Source: Candidatus Thorarchaeota archaeon
GTDB lineage: Archaea > Asgardarchaeota > Thorarchaeia > Thorarchaeales > Thorarchaeaceae
Reading direction: 5' to 3'
Length of the DNA stretch: 64,000 nucleotides
Assembly: GCA_030612005.1 (NCBI GenBank)
Contig: JAUWOU010000004.1
Span: 4,238 to 68,237, forward strand
Positions within the stretch are counted from its first letter, which is position 1. Each line of letters begins with the position of its first letter. The notes under the pieces were generated by a model that did no database searches, was not told the origin of the DNA, and saw only the letters and a program-made list of their open reading frames with translations. The position numbers and the translations under genes are program-made. Positions 19,906 through 29,887 of this stretch are shown in pieces.

Positions 19906-20823
19906 TCAAGATAATACTCCTATAACCAACAGAGGAAAGATGATAGTGGCATCACCGATTACTGTTTCAAAGTTGGACTCGGTCTGCATCTTCTGCCAAG
20001 AAACTCCTTCAATAAGAGGGGCTCCACCAAGACTACCTCCTTCTGGGCGATCTAGTGTTATTTGTATAGCCATGTTGAGACCACCTTTGAGAATTGTTGA
20101 GCCCATTGTGAAGTGCTTTGTGAGACCTCCCCCAAGCATGATTGCACCAGTCTTCTTGGTCTGGGTGACAATTTCACCCAAAATTCGAAGGTCCTTGACA
20201 AAATCAAGTGATAGTTGCTTAGTAGTACTGTAAGTATAGAGATGAAAACCGAGCATAGAATCCATCAGTCCTGGTGAAAAGATAGGGACATTTCGGAGTG
20301 CAGCTTGTCTGAGAATAGAGGAATCATCTTTTTGCACTAGACCGAGCTCTCGGAGAAATTCAGTTGGCGCAAGGGTTGTCATTTTCTCTTCAGGCAGTTC
20401 ATCAAGAAATGTGTAGATTCCCTTCTCGAACTTTTCGAAATCTTCTTCTTTTACATAGATATCAGCAATACGACCCATTCCAGCCTCACGCAGCTCATAG
20501 TCGTCTTTTCCAGCAGGTACTCGATAGTGAGCTCCCCCGTATGCTTCAACAAGATCATGCACAATGTTAGCACCACTAGTCACTATTGCATCTATTTTGC
20601 CACTCTCAACTAGTTGACTCACTACTTTTCTTAGTCCTCCTGGAACCATTGGACCAGACATTGAAAGAAATGTAAAACACTCTGAATCCTCGAACATTCT
20701 CTGGATAATCCCTGCAGCTCTACCTAGACGACCAGCACCAAGTACTCCTACTTTTTCCATCGAGTCAAGAAATGTTTGAAGATCTTTGGTCTTTGTGGGA
20801 TCGATGTGATGAACTTTATCCAT
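19906..20823 (-). CDS. dys: Deoxyhypusine synthase
   Basis: SGPMVPGGLR, TSGANIVHD, LGGGLTKH, GSLGGA...EGVSWQK. Confidence 0.9.
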   Translation of the reverse strand: MDKVHHIDPTKTKDLQTFLDSMEKVGVLGAGRLGRAAGIIQRMFEDSECFTFLSMSGPMVPGGLRKVVSQLVESGKIDAIVTSGANIVHDLVEAYGGAHYRVPAGKDDYELREAGMGRIADIYVKEEDFEKFEKGIYTFLDELPEEKMTTLAPTEFLRELGLVQKDDSSILRQAALRNVPIFSPGLMDSMLGFHLYTYSTTKQLSLDFVKDLRILGEIVTQTKKTGAIMLGGGLTKHFTMGSTILKGGLNMAIQITLDRPEGGSLGGAPLIEGVSWQKMQTESNFETVIGDATIIFPLLVIGVLS

Positions 20824-21086
20824 AGTGGTCACCTGTGTTCGAACCTAGAATTTTGGTGATAAGTGATTCTGTAAGAAAAAGAAGAGGAGGCGAGTCCAGG
20901 CAAAATTCCGGGAGGACAATACCCGGACCCGCGCGATCCAAAATAAAACCTATGACAAGACTTGCTCCAAAGAGGGTTCAGGTTTTTCATAGTGCACAGT
21001 TTTCTAGAGTGAACAGTGACGTTGTAGGGAGTGACCCGAAAGTATTGTTCTATCGCGTAGTTACATACGTTTAAACGCAAAATTTC

Positions 21087-21734
21087 ATGGGAAAGCCTAT
21101 GCAGGCCCTTTTCAGCCCAGTTTCACTGGTTTTCATTCTACATGCTTTGTTCCTGCAGGGTATCTGGCTATACATAGGTCGAATTTCACGGAATAGATAC
21201 CTTACTGATCTCATGACCTTTCAAGCTCCATCCTCAAGACTATCAAGATACTATCACTGGCGCGTGACTAGTATTGAGCATGCATTAGGCGAAGGGATTG
21301 CATATCTTCTAATTCTTATAGCATCATTATATGGGCTGGGTTTTGCATTATTTGGTTTTGAACAAGTTAATGGAGCTTTCTTAATAGTACTCTTTGTCGC
21401 CTTGCTCTCATTAATGAGTGCTTTACAACATGCATGGAGAGTCAAAGAGGTTGTTGATAGTGAAAGTAGGATAGCTGTAGGCATTCAAATAGCAACTGAC
21501 AAAATTGGTGTGACAAGAATGATGGTCGACGACCTATTTATTCAAGGGGCCATGGGTGATGGAAGAACTTGGTTTGCACTGTTCAAGCTGGCGCAAAGAA
21601 AGGATCAGGTTGGATGGACGGTCAGGGATGTATTGTTAGAGAAAGGCAAGGAAGAAGATGCTCGTTTTCAAAGTCAAGGTCCTGAATCCAGTTCAACTAG
21701 TTCTAGTAAGGACAGTGGTCCAGACATTGCTTAA
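21087..21734 (+). CDS. Hypothetical membrane protein
   Basis: Three hydrophobic segments, open frame of 215 aa. Confidence 0.7.
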   Translation: MGKPMQALFSPVSLVFILHALFLQGIWLYIGRISRNRYLTDLMTFQAPSSRLSRYYHWRVTSIEHALGEGIAYLLILIASLYGLGFALFGFEQVNGAFLIVLFVALLSLMSALQHAWRVKEVVDSESRIAVGIQIATDKIGVTRMMVDDLFIQGAMGDGRTWFALFKLAQRKDQVGWTVRDVLLEKGKEEDARFQSQGPESSSTSSSKDSGPDIA

Positions 21735-21823
21735 TCCTAGAGAGTAAAAATAAAGTTCATTCAGTAAGTCTTATATCCGATTCCAAGGGGCGTTCACCAG
21801 AACTCCCATAGGAGGAACTCCGC

Positions 21824-22105
21824 ATGTCTAAGAGTGTATCAACTGGTCAAAGAGGCGTTGTCGTAAGCTATCGTAGAGGAAAACATCTACAGCATCCTAA
21901 TCAAGTGATTTTAATTTTTGATAGTATTAAGACCAGAGCGGACGCTTCCGCTCTTGTAAGTCGTAAGGTGAAATGGACATCACCCGGGGAAAGAGAATTC
22001 TTAGGTAAAGTACTTGGAGCACATGGAAACAGTGGTGCAGTTAGAGCAAAATTCCGTACTAACCTCCCAGGTCAGGCTATTGGAACACCTGTTTTCCTAA
22101 TGTAG
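21824..22105 (+). CDS. rpl35ae: 50S ribosomal protein L35Ae (eL33)
   Basis: SYRRGKHLQHPNQ, HGNSGAVRAKFRTNLPGQAIG. Confidence 0.95.
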   Translation: MSKSVSTGQRGVVVSYRRGKHLQHPNQVILIFDSIKTRADASALVSRKVKWTSPGEREFLGKVLGAHGNSGAVRAKFRTNLPGQAIGTPVFLM

Positions 22106-22260
22106 GCCAATCACGAAGTTTTATCAGGAAATCATCGGAAGTCAACTTGGCTCCAGTGATGTAATTGGCTATCTGAGGATAGAAATATCCAGCGACGAGT
22201 CATAGTTAAGCTGAGGGGCCACTATAACAATCGTTGTTTGTTTCTGGTCGGTGAATACGT

Positions 22261-22815
22261 ATGATAGAATGGGTGGTGTATTTCTCAGCCTATCTTCTTG
22301 CAGGATTAACCCTGAAGATTGGCGATGACCTTCTTGACGAACTAGACAGACCAGATCTCTCATGGATTCCACTTGCTCTTGCTGGTGTTCTTTTTGGTTT
22401 CATAATGACTGTATCAGAATGGGACCTTGCACTCATGACAAGCATAATCATTGGAGTCATTGTGTCAGGGAAAGTCAATCGATTGCAGTTTGTTGCGGGA
22501 TTTGTACTAATATTCTCAGTGTTGATTATTTTTGGGCTTCCACCCATTAGCAATTGGCTAGATTGGTTGGCAGTGGTCATTATGTTGTTTCTTGCAGCCG
22601 TTCTTGATGAACGAGGAAATGACTGGGCAAATCAAGAGATTTCCCCTAAGGCGTACAAATTCTTTGAGTACAGATTTACACTGAAAACTTCTGTAATCCT
22701 AATATCGATACTTTGGCCACTGCTCTTACCAGCAGCAGTAGGTCTCTGGTTTTTTGATTTGGGTTATGAAACCGCGGGCTGGATTGTAAAGAAGAATTAC
22801 AATAGTGATCTATAG
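22261..22815 (+). CDS. Polytopic membrane protein
   Basis: Multiple hydrophobic helices. Confidence 0.75.
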   Translation: MIEWVVYFSAYLLAGLTLKIGDDLLDELDRPDLSWIPLALAGVLFGFIMTVSEWDLALMTSIIIGVIVSGKVNRLQFVAGFVLIFSVLIIFGLPPISNWLDWLAVVIMLFLAAVLDERGNDWANQEISPKAYKFFEYRFTLKTSVILISILWPLLLPAAVGLWFFDLGYETAGWIVKKNYNSDL

Positions 22816-23804
22816 GCAAGGCTACAGCACACATCTTCAAAGACGGGTTCTAATTCTCGTTCTTTGGCAAAATCTACTCCTTCTTGGCTGATAAGGGCAA
22901 TTCCATTGGCACCACTTCTGATTGCATACTTGTCTGTGTCAATTTTGTGTTGCCCCATTGGACGAGCACAACCCAACAAAATTGGAATGTCTTGGAATCC
23001 TAAACGTGCTGCTGTCATCAGACGACCAATACTTTCAGGAGTCGGTGGTGTAATACTCTCCATTGGTGTTTTCCGAACGGGACTGAGTGCAATAATAACC
23101 ACTGCTGAAGGAGTTCCCTCCGATATCATTTGAAGCGCTTCAATTTCTCCTTTAATTTGTCCATAATTCAATCCGACAAGCACATGTGGTACGGTAGGTA
23201 TCTTGTGTTCTTCAAGGATATCAAGGGATTTTCGCATCTTTTGTGGACCATCATCTATATGATAGACCTTTGAGGAAACTGTTTCATCACCAATGACATC
23301 GATCATCGCAGCATCAATTCCCGCTGCTGCAAGTTGATGAGCGGTTTCAGGTGTTACAAGACCCGTATGGACTACAACTAACATGTCCAGTTCATTCTTT
23401 ACACGTCCAATTGCCTTGCCAAATCGTTCCAGTGGAACATAACCAGCAGAATCAGAGCCACCGCTAATCAGAACACCTTCTCCTCCCTGATTCTTTATCT
23501 CCAGGCAGCGCTCAAACAGTGATTCTGGGGTAAGAGTTGACTCCATGCCTTTCAGGAGCTGACCATCACAATGTTCACAGTTCAATGAACAAGATGTACC
23601 TGTCACACTAAGAGAAGGAAAGTTGTTTGACCGAACCTGTTTATGAGCTCTAATCTTGTAGGGATAGGCAGTGGGGCTATAACATAATAGCTTCTGATCA
23701 AATGAACTCAATCTCGATTCGAAAGCTTTGTTCATCCACTGACTAAGTTCGTCTGTGGGAGCTTGCATTATAGAATGTCCATCATTAATAATATCAAAGT
23801 TCAA
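22797..23804 (-). CDS. Radical SAM protein
   Basis: SVTGTSCSLNCEHC (CxxxCxxC), LISGG, LGCARP. Confidence 0.88.
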   Translation of the reverse strand: MNFDIINDGHSIMQAPTDELSQWMNKAFESRLSSFDQKLLCYSPTAYPYKIRAHKQVRSNNFPSLSVTGTSCSLNCEHCDGQLLKGMESTLTPESLFERCLEIKNQGGEGVLISGGSDSAGYVPLERFGKAIGRVKNELDMLVVVHTGLVTPETAHQLAAAGIDAAMIDVIGDETVSSKVYHIDDGPQKMRKSLDILEEHKIPTVPHVLVGLNYGQIKGEIEALQMISEGTPSAVVIIALSPVRKTPMESITPPTPESIGRLMTAARLGFQDIPILLGCARPMGQHKIDTDKYAIRSGANGIALISQEGVDFAKERELEPVFEDVCCSLAYRSLL

Positions 23805-23938
23805 GACTCTGCCTCATGATTGGAAGTCTATCAATTGTGCTATTAGGATTGTTATCTATGACCAAATGGCAAAGAACAAGTACCACTTAGGTTACAACAC
23901 CATCCAGCTGAGTGTGAAAAAACGTGAATTGTGGGAAT

Positions 23939-25360
23939 ATGGAGTCAATTGACATATTTTTCAATGCAAAGAGTGTCGCTATTTATGGAGCATCTACGAG
24001 CCAGAATAGTGTGGGACAATCAATCATTCAGAATTTTATCAAACCTCAATATGCTGGAAAGGTCTATGCAGTCAATCCAAAATATTCACAGGTACTTGGT
24101 GTTCCCTGTTTTTCAACTCTCCAAGAAATTAAAGATCCTATTGATTTAGTGATAGTTGCAGTACCCGCGAGAATAATACCTAGGGTGTTTGATGACATAG
24201 CAGCTAAAGGTGTCAAAGCATCAATAATCATCTCTGGTGGTTTTTCAGAAACGGGTGTTATTGGTACAGAACTTGAGAATGAAGTTGTAGCGATAGCAAA
24301 GAAACATGGAATCCGTATTATTGGACCAAATTGTATTGGTGTGGTAGATACACTCAGTCATATTGATACATTCTTCCTGCCTGAGTATAGATGTGGTAGA
24401 CCAAAGCCCAGCAATGTTGCAAATATTTCACTAGTATCTCAGTCGGGAGCTTTTGCTGCAGCAATCGCAGATTGGACTTCTGAGCTAGGTATCGGTGTTA
24501 GTAAGCTAATTAGCCTTGGTAACAAATGCGATGTAGATGATGATGATTTGCTCTGTTATCTTGCAGAAGATAATTCTACCCAGGTCATTTGCTATTACAC
24601 AGAAGGGTATGATCAGAATAAAGGTCGTACTTTCTTTGATACAGCTAGCAGAGTGACTCCTAACAAGCCTGTAATTGTTGTAAAGTCAGGAAGGGGTCAG
24701 AGAGCGAAGGCCGCTGCAAGTTCTCACACAGGTTCTCTTGCAGGTTCAGATAGTGTTGCTGATGCAGCTTACAAGCAGTCGGGTGTAATTAGAGTAGATA
24801 ACTTTGAACATATGTTTGACACCGCCAAAGCACTGGCGATGCAACCTCCAGCAAAGGGAGATAGAGTCCTTATGATTACAAATGGAGGTGGTTTGGGTGT
24901 GATGACCACCGATGCTCTTGAAGCTCTTGAGTTAGCAATACCAACCCCATCAAAGGAACTAACAGACATTTACAAAAAACGTCTTCCATCATATTGTGCA
25001 ATAGGAAATCCCATTGATGTTGTTGGAGATGCAAATGCGTCCAGATATGATATCGTCTTCGAAGAAGCAATCAAGAGTGGAGAGTATGATATGTTTGTTG
25101 TAGGTATGCTACTCCAGACACCTAGTCTAAGCATGGAAATAACCAATGTCATTGCAAACCATCAGCGTCAATCTAGTCTTCCCTTTGTCGTGGTTTCTAT
25201 GGGCGGTGGTTTCACAACTAAGGCTGGAGAGATTATGGAGTTAATGGGTGTACCAACATATGCAACTGGTGAGAAAGCAGCACTTGCAGCAAAGGGATTG
25301 GCACAATATGGTGAAATCAAATACAGAGATATATTCAACAAAACTCTTGCAAGTTCATAA
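23939..25360 (+). CDS. acdA: ADP-forming acyl/acetate-CoA ligase alpha subunit
   Basis: CoA-binding SVAIYGAS, IIGPNCIG, SQSGA, SHTGSLAG, NPIDVVGDA. Confidence 0.92.
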   Translation: MESIDIFFNAKSVAIYGASTSQNSVGQSIIQNFIKPQYAGKVYAVNPKYSQVLGVPCFSTLQEIKDPIDLVIVAVPARIIPRVFDDIAAKGVKASIIISGGFSETGVIGTELENEVVAIAKKHGIRIIGPNCIGVVDTLSHIDTFFLPEYRCGRPKPSNVANISLVSQSGAFAAAIADWTSELGIGVSKLISLGNKCDVDDDDLLCYLAEDNSTQVICYYTEGYDQNKGRTFFDTASRVTPNKPVIVVKSGRGQRAKAAASSHTGSLAGSDSVADAAYKQSGVIRVDNFEHMFDTAKALAMQPPAKGDRVLMITNGGGLGVMTTDALEALELAIPTPSKELTDIYKKRLPSYCAIGNPIDVVGDANASRYDIVFEEAIKSGEYDMFVVGMLLQTPSLSMEITNVIANHQRQSSLPFVVVSMGGGFTTKAGEIMELMGVPTYATGEKAALAAKGLAQYGEIKYRDIFNKTLASS

Positions 25361-25596
25361 ATAATTTCCGTTGAAGATTGTAAGAAAATGTGTTAAATAT
25401 TCATTAAGATAATAGTTTATGAATATTTGACACTTATTAATCAAATTAGAAATCAAACAACACCCAATCAATATCTCAATTCCCCCTTCATTTCAGTGGT
25501 ATCTAAGTATGAAAAAGCTCAGAAATCTACTAAGATATTTTCTTCGTATTTAGAGAAATTGAATGAGCTCATATACTCGCACTAGTATGTAATAGT

Positions 25597-26050
25597 ATGA
25601 GAGGACTAGGTATGTGGACTAGAGCAGTTGTTCGAGGAACAACTAATCGACGTGCGCGACTGAAAGCCCGAAAGAAGAAACCTTCTTCCAAAGGGAAGTC
25701 CTTACTCTCTATAAATGAACCAACATCAGGTTCCGGAGAGTCCGCGGCTGTTCACTTTGTCCAGTTGGACCTTGTCAGTTTCTGTGATGGAACGGGTGAG
25801 AGTGATAATGACCCCGCCGTGGTAAGAACTGTGGAAACGCTCACTGTCGTTGGAAGTGATGTATCAACATCAGTACAGGAGAAAGAAGCCAGGTCTTCAG
25901 GAGGGATACCATCCCGATGAACGTCGACAAAGCTCTTGCTAAGTTTAGCATTTTCTCGAAAATGCTGGATGGTGGTGACACTGGCAGGAGAAGGGCGGAA
26001 CATAGAAATATCTTACAGTTAAGAATTACTCACCATTAAATGTAGGATAT
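25597..26050 (+). ncRNA. Stand-alone copy of the TnpB-associated long structured RNA (no tnpB gene attached)
   Basis: Collinear blocks shared with reverse complement of 4738-5148: GGACTAGGxATGTGG, CTGAAAGCCCG, GGGAAGTCC, GACCCYGCCRTGGTAA, CTGTGGAAAC, AGAAGCCARGTC, GAGAARGGYGGAACA, TCTTACAGTT. Confidence 0.75.
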
Positions 26051-26112
26051 AAGTTATAACCATAAAAGGAACGGAAACTGTGGTAGCAAATAGAGCTGAG
26101 GTCTGAAAAGCG

Positions 26113-26847
26113 ATGAAAGAAGCCCAAAAAATCTTCAAGACTGCCCTCGAAGAGGGAAGAACGTTTGTACTGGAGCACGAAGCAAAGGACATAATGAAAG
26201 CATATGGGATTCCCATTCCAGCTTATGATACTGCGGTGACTGCAGATGAGGCTGTAGAAAAGTCCAAAGCTATCGGTTTTCCTGTAGTACTCAAAATCCT
26301 CTCAAAGGATGTTTTGCACAAATCCGACGCAGGAGGAGTGAAAATCAATCTTAAGAATGAAGAAGAGGTTCGCAAAGCGTTCACTGAGATTATGGATAAC
26401 GCAAAGAACTATGGAAAAGAGAAAGGCATTGATGTGGATCTGAGTCGAGGAGTATTCATTTCAGATTTCGCAGATATGGGTACAGAGATTATTGTCGGTG
26501 TCACAAAAGATCCTCAGTTTGGGCATGCACTGATGGCAGGTCTTGGTGGCATTTTTGTTGAAGTCTTGAAAGACGTATCTTTCAGATTGATTCCATTCAC
26601 CGAGAATGATGCCAGAGAGATGTTGAAGGAACTAAAAGCATACAAGATATTGGAAGGTATCCGTGGCGAACCTCCAAGAGATGTAGATTCTCTAGTCAAT
26701 GTCATGTTGGCTGTATCCAAGATGATTGAAGAGAATCCTGAAATCATAGAACTAGATTGCAATCCAACCTTTGTGTATGAAAAAGGGAAGGGGACTCTAG
26801 TTGTTGATGCACGGATTCTGATTGGTAGCTCGGAAGCTAGCCACTAA
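26113..26847 (+). CDS. acdB: ADP-forming acyl/acetate-CoA ligase beta subunit (ATP-grasp)
   Basis: GFPVVLKI, HKSDAGGV, DPQFG, GLGGIFVEVLKD, ELDCNP. Confidence 0.92.
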   Translation: MKEAQKIFKTALEEGRTFVLEHEAKDIMKAYGIPIPAYDTAVTADEAVEKSKAIGFPVVLKILSKDVLHKSDAGGVKINLKNEEEVRKAFTEIMDNAKNYGKEKGIDVDLSRGVFISDFADMGTEIIVGVTKDPQFGHALMAGLGGIFVEVLKDVSFRLIPFTENDAREMLKELKAYKILEGIRGEPPRDVDSLVNVMLAVSKMIEENPEIIELDCNPTFVYEKGKGTLVVDARILIGSSEASH

Positions 26848-28060
26848 TCAACTTGTAAAGAAGAATCAGACCTCTCTTTATATCAGAATCCTCAATTGGA
26901 GTGGTTGCAGAGTCTTTGGTACTACTGGCTAATAGTAATATCAATGCAATAAGGCGTGGTACAAGACGGGCATATTGAAGGAGAAAATCCCTGTTTCCAG
27001 TGGAATCTACGATTAAACCTTCAAGTCGTCTGATTAAGAGCTGAATACGTTCGTCAACTCCATCTCCAGGACGAAGACTCTTGAAAATAGCCACAGCTGA
27101 TGAATCATTTTGAAGGAAATCAGATGATACTCCGACACTCTCTATTAGATCTAATGCACCAACAATGATGGCATCATAGTGCTCTTCTTCCAGACGTTCA
27201 ATACCCTGTTTCACTGCTTGAAGTTGACCAAGTAGTCTTAATGAATTTGTGAGAATTGAGCGAGATGCACCTGAAGTTGCCTTTGCCATTTGAATAAGAT
27301 GCTCACCATGTTCTTTCTCAAGACTTGCAGCAACTGATGCATTTAGCTTCTTTTCAAATCCTGGAGAAAAATTAACACTTGCAGCCTTTGGAAGTAAAGT
27401 GTGAGTTCCTAGTTGACGAACAATAGAGAGTGCTTTGAAATCGTCAAGGCTGACGTAGAATAGAAGTATACGGACAACATCATAAGCTGTTTCAAAATCA
27501 GCTTCTGACGCAACATTTCTACCCTGACCCTTGCATGCAAATGCACTAAGTAGAGCCCAAGCAGAGAGCATACCATTACAGAGCCGTTCAACCTCTCCTG
27601 ATTTTTCAATTTCGTGTTCTTCAAGAAACCTAGAGAGTTTGTCAGTAGACCCAGAGATTCTTTGAAGAGTTGTTCCACCAACATGAAGATCGGCAATGGA
27701 TTTGATGAAACCGCGAGCTTCACGGGAGGGAGGTCTCAGAACAATACTTGGTTCCTGTCGTGTAACTGTCCACCACTTAGAAGCAGAAGTAAGATAGTCA
27801 AGAAGGTCAATTGACATTGTTAGGTGACTTTGATTAGCACTTGTTTCAGAGTCTATTAATGCAATCAAGCGTGTTGTGAGATCAAGAAACCTATTGAGAT
27901 GGATAGATAGTTTTTCGCCAGCAAATACAAAATCAGTAAATCTAGATACGACTGAATTAATCTGTTCTGTTATTTTGTCATCGAGCTGTGTTTGCACGAG
28001 ACCTCGATAGACATCAACTGGAGTTCTAGCCAAAGCCTCATTGTCTCCTAATATCAACAA
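26837..28060 (-). CDS. Hypothetical helical protein with four loose ~100-aa repeats
   Basis: 407-aa open frame; recurring RL/ALL...D..(A/G)..L pattern. Confidence 0.7.
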   Translation of the reverse strand: MLILGDNEALARTPVDVYRGLVQTQLDDKITEQINSVVSRFTDFVFAGEKLSIHLNRFLDLTTRLIALIDSETSANQSHLTMSIDLLDYLTSASKWWTVTRQEPSIVLRPPSREARGFIKSIADLHVGGTTLQRISGSTDKLSRFLEEHEIEKSGEVERLCNGMLSAWALLSAFACKGQGRNVASEADFETAYDVVRILLFYVSLDDFKALSIVRQLGTHTLLPKAASVNFSPGFEKKLNASVAASLEKEHGEHLIQMAKATSGASRSILTNSLRLLGQLQAVKQGIERLEEEHYDAIIVGALDLIESVGVSSDFLQNDSSAVAIFKSLRPGDGVDERIQLLIRRLEGLIVDSTGNRDFLLQYARLVPRLIALILLLASSTKDSATTPIEDSDIKRGLILLYKLISG

Positions 28061-28099
28061 ATAAAATGGAGGGCATATAAAACACTGTGTTGTTTGAAA

Positions 28100-28876
28100 T
28101 CACTTACCATATCTTCGTGACCGGGCACCATAGGAACGTAATGCACGCCAAATATCAATTCGTCTCACTGCAGGCCAATAAATCTGTGCAAAGTATAGTT
28201 CAGAATAAGCAGATTGCCAGAGAAGGAAACCCGATAATCGCTCTTCGCCGGATGTTCGAATAATGAGATCTGGGTCTGGTACACCATTGGTATAGAGATG
28301 GCCTTCAATTACATCCTCATTGATGTCAGCAGGGCTCATTGTACCGGCCTCTATCTTCTCGCCAATGGCCTTCACTGCATCCACAAGTTCTGCTCGACCA
28401 GAGTAACCAATAGCCACATTGAGAATATGGTCTGTATAATCTCGAGTTTCTTCTTCTGCAGCCATTATTGCAATTTGAACATCTTCTGGAAGTAAATCGA
28501 CTCGCCCAATGGCTTGAATCCGAACTTTGTATTTATGAACGTCGGGGTTGTCAACGACTTCTGCGAACTTATCTTTAGCCAGGGACATGATCTCTTCGAC
28601 CTCATCCTTGCTTCTCTCAAAGTTCTCTACTGAAAACGCATAGAGTGTGCATACCTTGACACCTGCTTCCCAGAGAATACGTAGTACCTCCATGACCTTG
28701 GCTGCACCCTTCTGATGACCAAACCATGGGACTTCCATACCCTGTTTCTTGGCATAACGTCGGTTTCCATCAAGTATGATACCAACATGACGGGGAGCTA
28801 ATTCCTTGTCTAACTGACGATACAAGAAGTATTCGTATAATCGGTAGACTGGACCAGTAATATTCAACAGTAACAC
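28100..28876 (-). CDS. uppS: cis-prenyltransferase (undecaprenyl diphosphate synthase family)
   Basis: HVGIILDGNRRYA, YAFSVENF, DLIIRTSGEERLSGFLLWQ. Confidence 0.95.
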   Translation of the reverse strand: MLLLNITGPVYRLYEYFLYRQLDKELAPRHVGIILDGNRRYAKKQGMEVPWFGHQKGAAKVMEVLRILWEAGVKVCTLYAFSVENFERSKDEVEEIMSLAKDKFAEVVDNPDVHKYKVRIQAIGRVDLLPEDVQIAIMAAEEETRDYTDHILNVAIGYSGRAELVDAVKAIGEKIEAGTMSPADINEDVIEGHLYTNGVPDPDLIIRTSGEERLSGFLLWQSAYSELYFAQIYWPAVRRIDIWRALRSYGARSRRYGK

Positions 28877-28937
28877 TCTCTGTAATGATAATTTGACATG
28901 TAAACCTAATAGAGTTGGTGCTAGGAGACCTAACGTA

Positions 28938-29306
28938 CTAAATCATCTGTGAAACCTTTTCTGCAGCACGTTTCATGTCCAAGAATATGAGACCGAGTTT
29001 GGCATTTGCAGTTGTAGAAACGGTGAGACAGGCGTTCATTCCAGCTTGAATCACAAGCAGCCAACCATTTACACCCTTGATGTTGACCTGTTCAAGCTCA
29101 CCTTTACCTAGTTCCATTGCAGCTTTTTCTCCCAGTGTTAACATTGCTGCGGTCATTGCTGCAACCTTGGCCTCATCAACATCTGTGGGAAGTGCTGACA
29201 CAATAGGGAGCCCTTCAACACTTACTATAGCACAGGCTTCAATCTCAGGAATACTTCCCTGTAGTTCATTTAGAACACCTTCGAGCGTATTTTCGCGGGA
29301 TTGCAT
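28938..29306 (-). CDS. Roadblock/LC7 (MglB-like) protein
   Basis: AIVSVEGLPIVSAL...AAMTAAMLTLGE...LGLIFLDMKRAAEK. Confidence 0.9.
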   Translation of the reverse strand: MQSRENTLEGVLNELQGSIPEIEACAIVSVEGLPIVSALPTDVDEAKVAAMTAAMLTLGEKAAMELGKGELEQVNIKGVNGWLLVIQAGMNACLTVSTTANAKLGLIFLDMKRAAEKVSQMI

Positions 29307-29323
29307 TTTGCCTCACCTGAATT

Positions 29324-29887
29324 TTACTTGTACATTCTTTTCAATATGACTTCTCGTGCTATAGCTTGGAACGCCCTCTTAACTCCTACGCCCTGAACTG
29401 CAATAGTTTCATAGATTGGAACATTGCCTCCAAGACCAAGAAGATCAAGCATTTCGTCACGTGACATTCTATTGGGTAGGTCTCTCTTGTTGAGCATGAC
29501 CACAATTGGGATTTCGCGCCCAAGAGCATCACCCAAGAATAATTTCAATTCTTCAAAGCTCTCTGTATTCTCATCACGCTGGTCTGGTGATGAGTCAGCA
29601 ACAAAGAGGATTCCATCTGTACCCTGTAGTACCACCTTTCTCTGGTGACGATGGCGCTTCTGTCCTGCTACTGTAAAGACGTCAAAGAGAACGCGGCCAC
29701 CTGCACTCATCGGGACGTAATCGAAGAACAATGTCCGATTGGTTTCATCCTCGATGGCAGTGAACTCTCCCTTCTGTAGACCTTCAACTTTTCCATAAAG
29801 CCATCGCAGTGCTGTTGTCTTACCACCAAGGGATGGTCCGTAAAAGACCAGTTTCAAATGAATTCTACCCTTGTCGTCTTTGCGAAT
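29324..29887 (-). CDS. MglA-type small GTPase (start uncertain: ATT 29887 or TTG 29857)
   Basis: KLVFYGPSLGGKTT, RTLFFD, TVAGQ (G3 without Asp as in MglA), NKRD. Confidence 0.88.
   Translation of the reverse strand: MRKDDKGRIHLKLVFYGPSLGGKTTALRWLYGKVEGLQKGEFTAIEDETNRTLFFDYVPMSAGGRVLFDVFTVAGQKRHRHQRKVVLQGTDGILFVADSSPDQRDENTESFEELKLFLGDALGREIPIVVMLNKRDLPNRMSRDEMLDLLGLGGNVPIYETIAVQGVGVKRAFQAIAREVILKRMYK

Noticed and set aside
20829-21080. 79-aa and 83-aa opposing ORFs
   Set aside because: No protein motifs; intergenic region between divergent genes with RNA-like stems
25597-25920. 107-aa ORF as an independent protein gene
   Set aside because: It is the homolog of the tnpB tail frame; homology continues past its stop and substitutions preserve base pairs, so RNA is the better explanation
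26021-26045. In-window targets for the putative guide (10-11-nt matches near 38409 and 58771)
   Set aside because: Too short to exceed chance in 64 kb, and the guide boundary is uncertain
25597-26050. RNase P RNA, SRP RNA or group II intron (GGGAAGTCC, GCCAGGTC, GTGCG seen)
   Set aside because: The partner motifs (RNase P 3' P4 strand, SRP helix 8 GGAAGG-AGCA, intron domain V) are missing; homology to the tnpB 3' end explains the region
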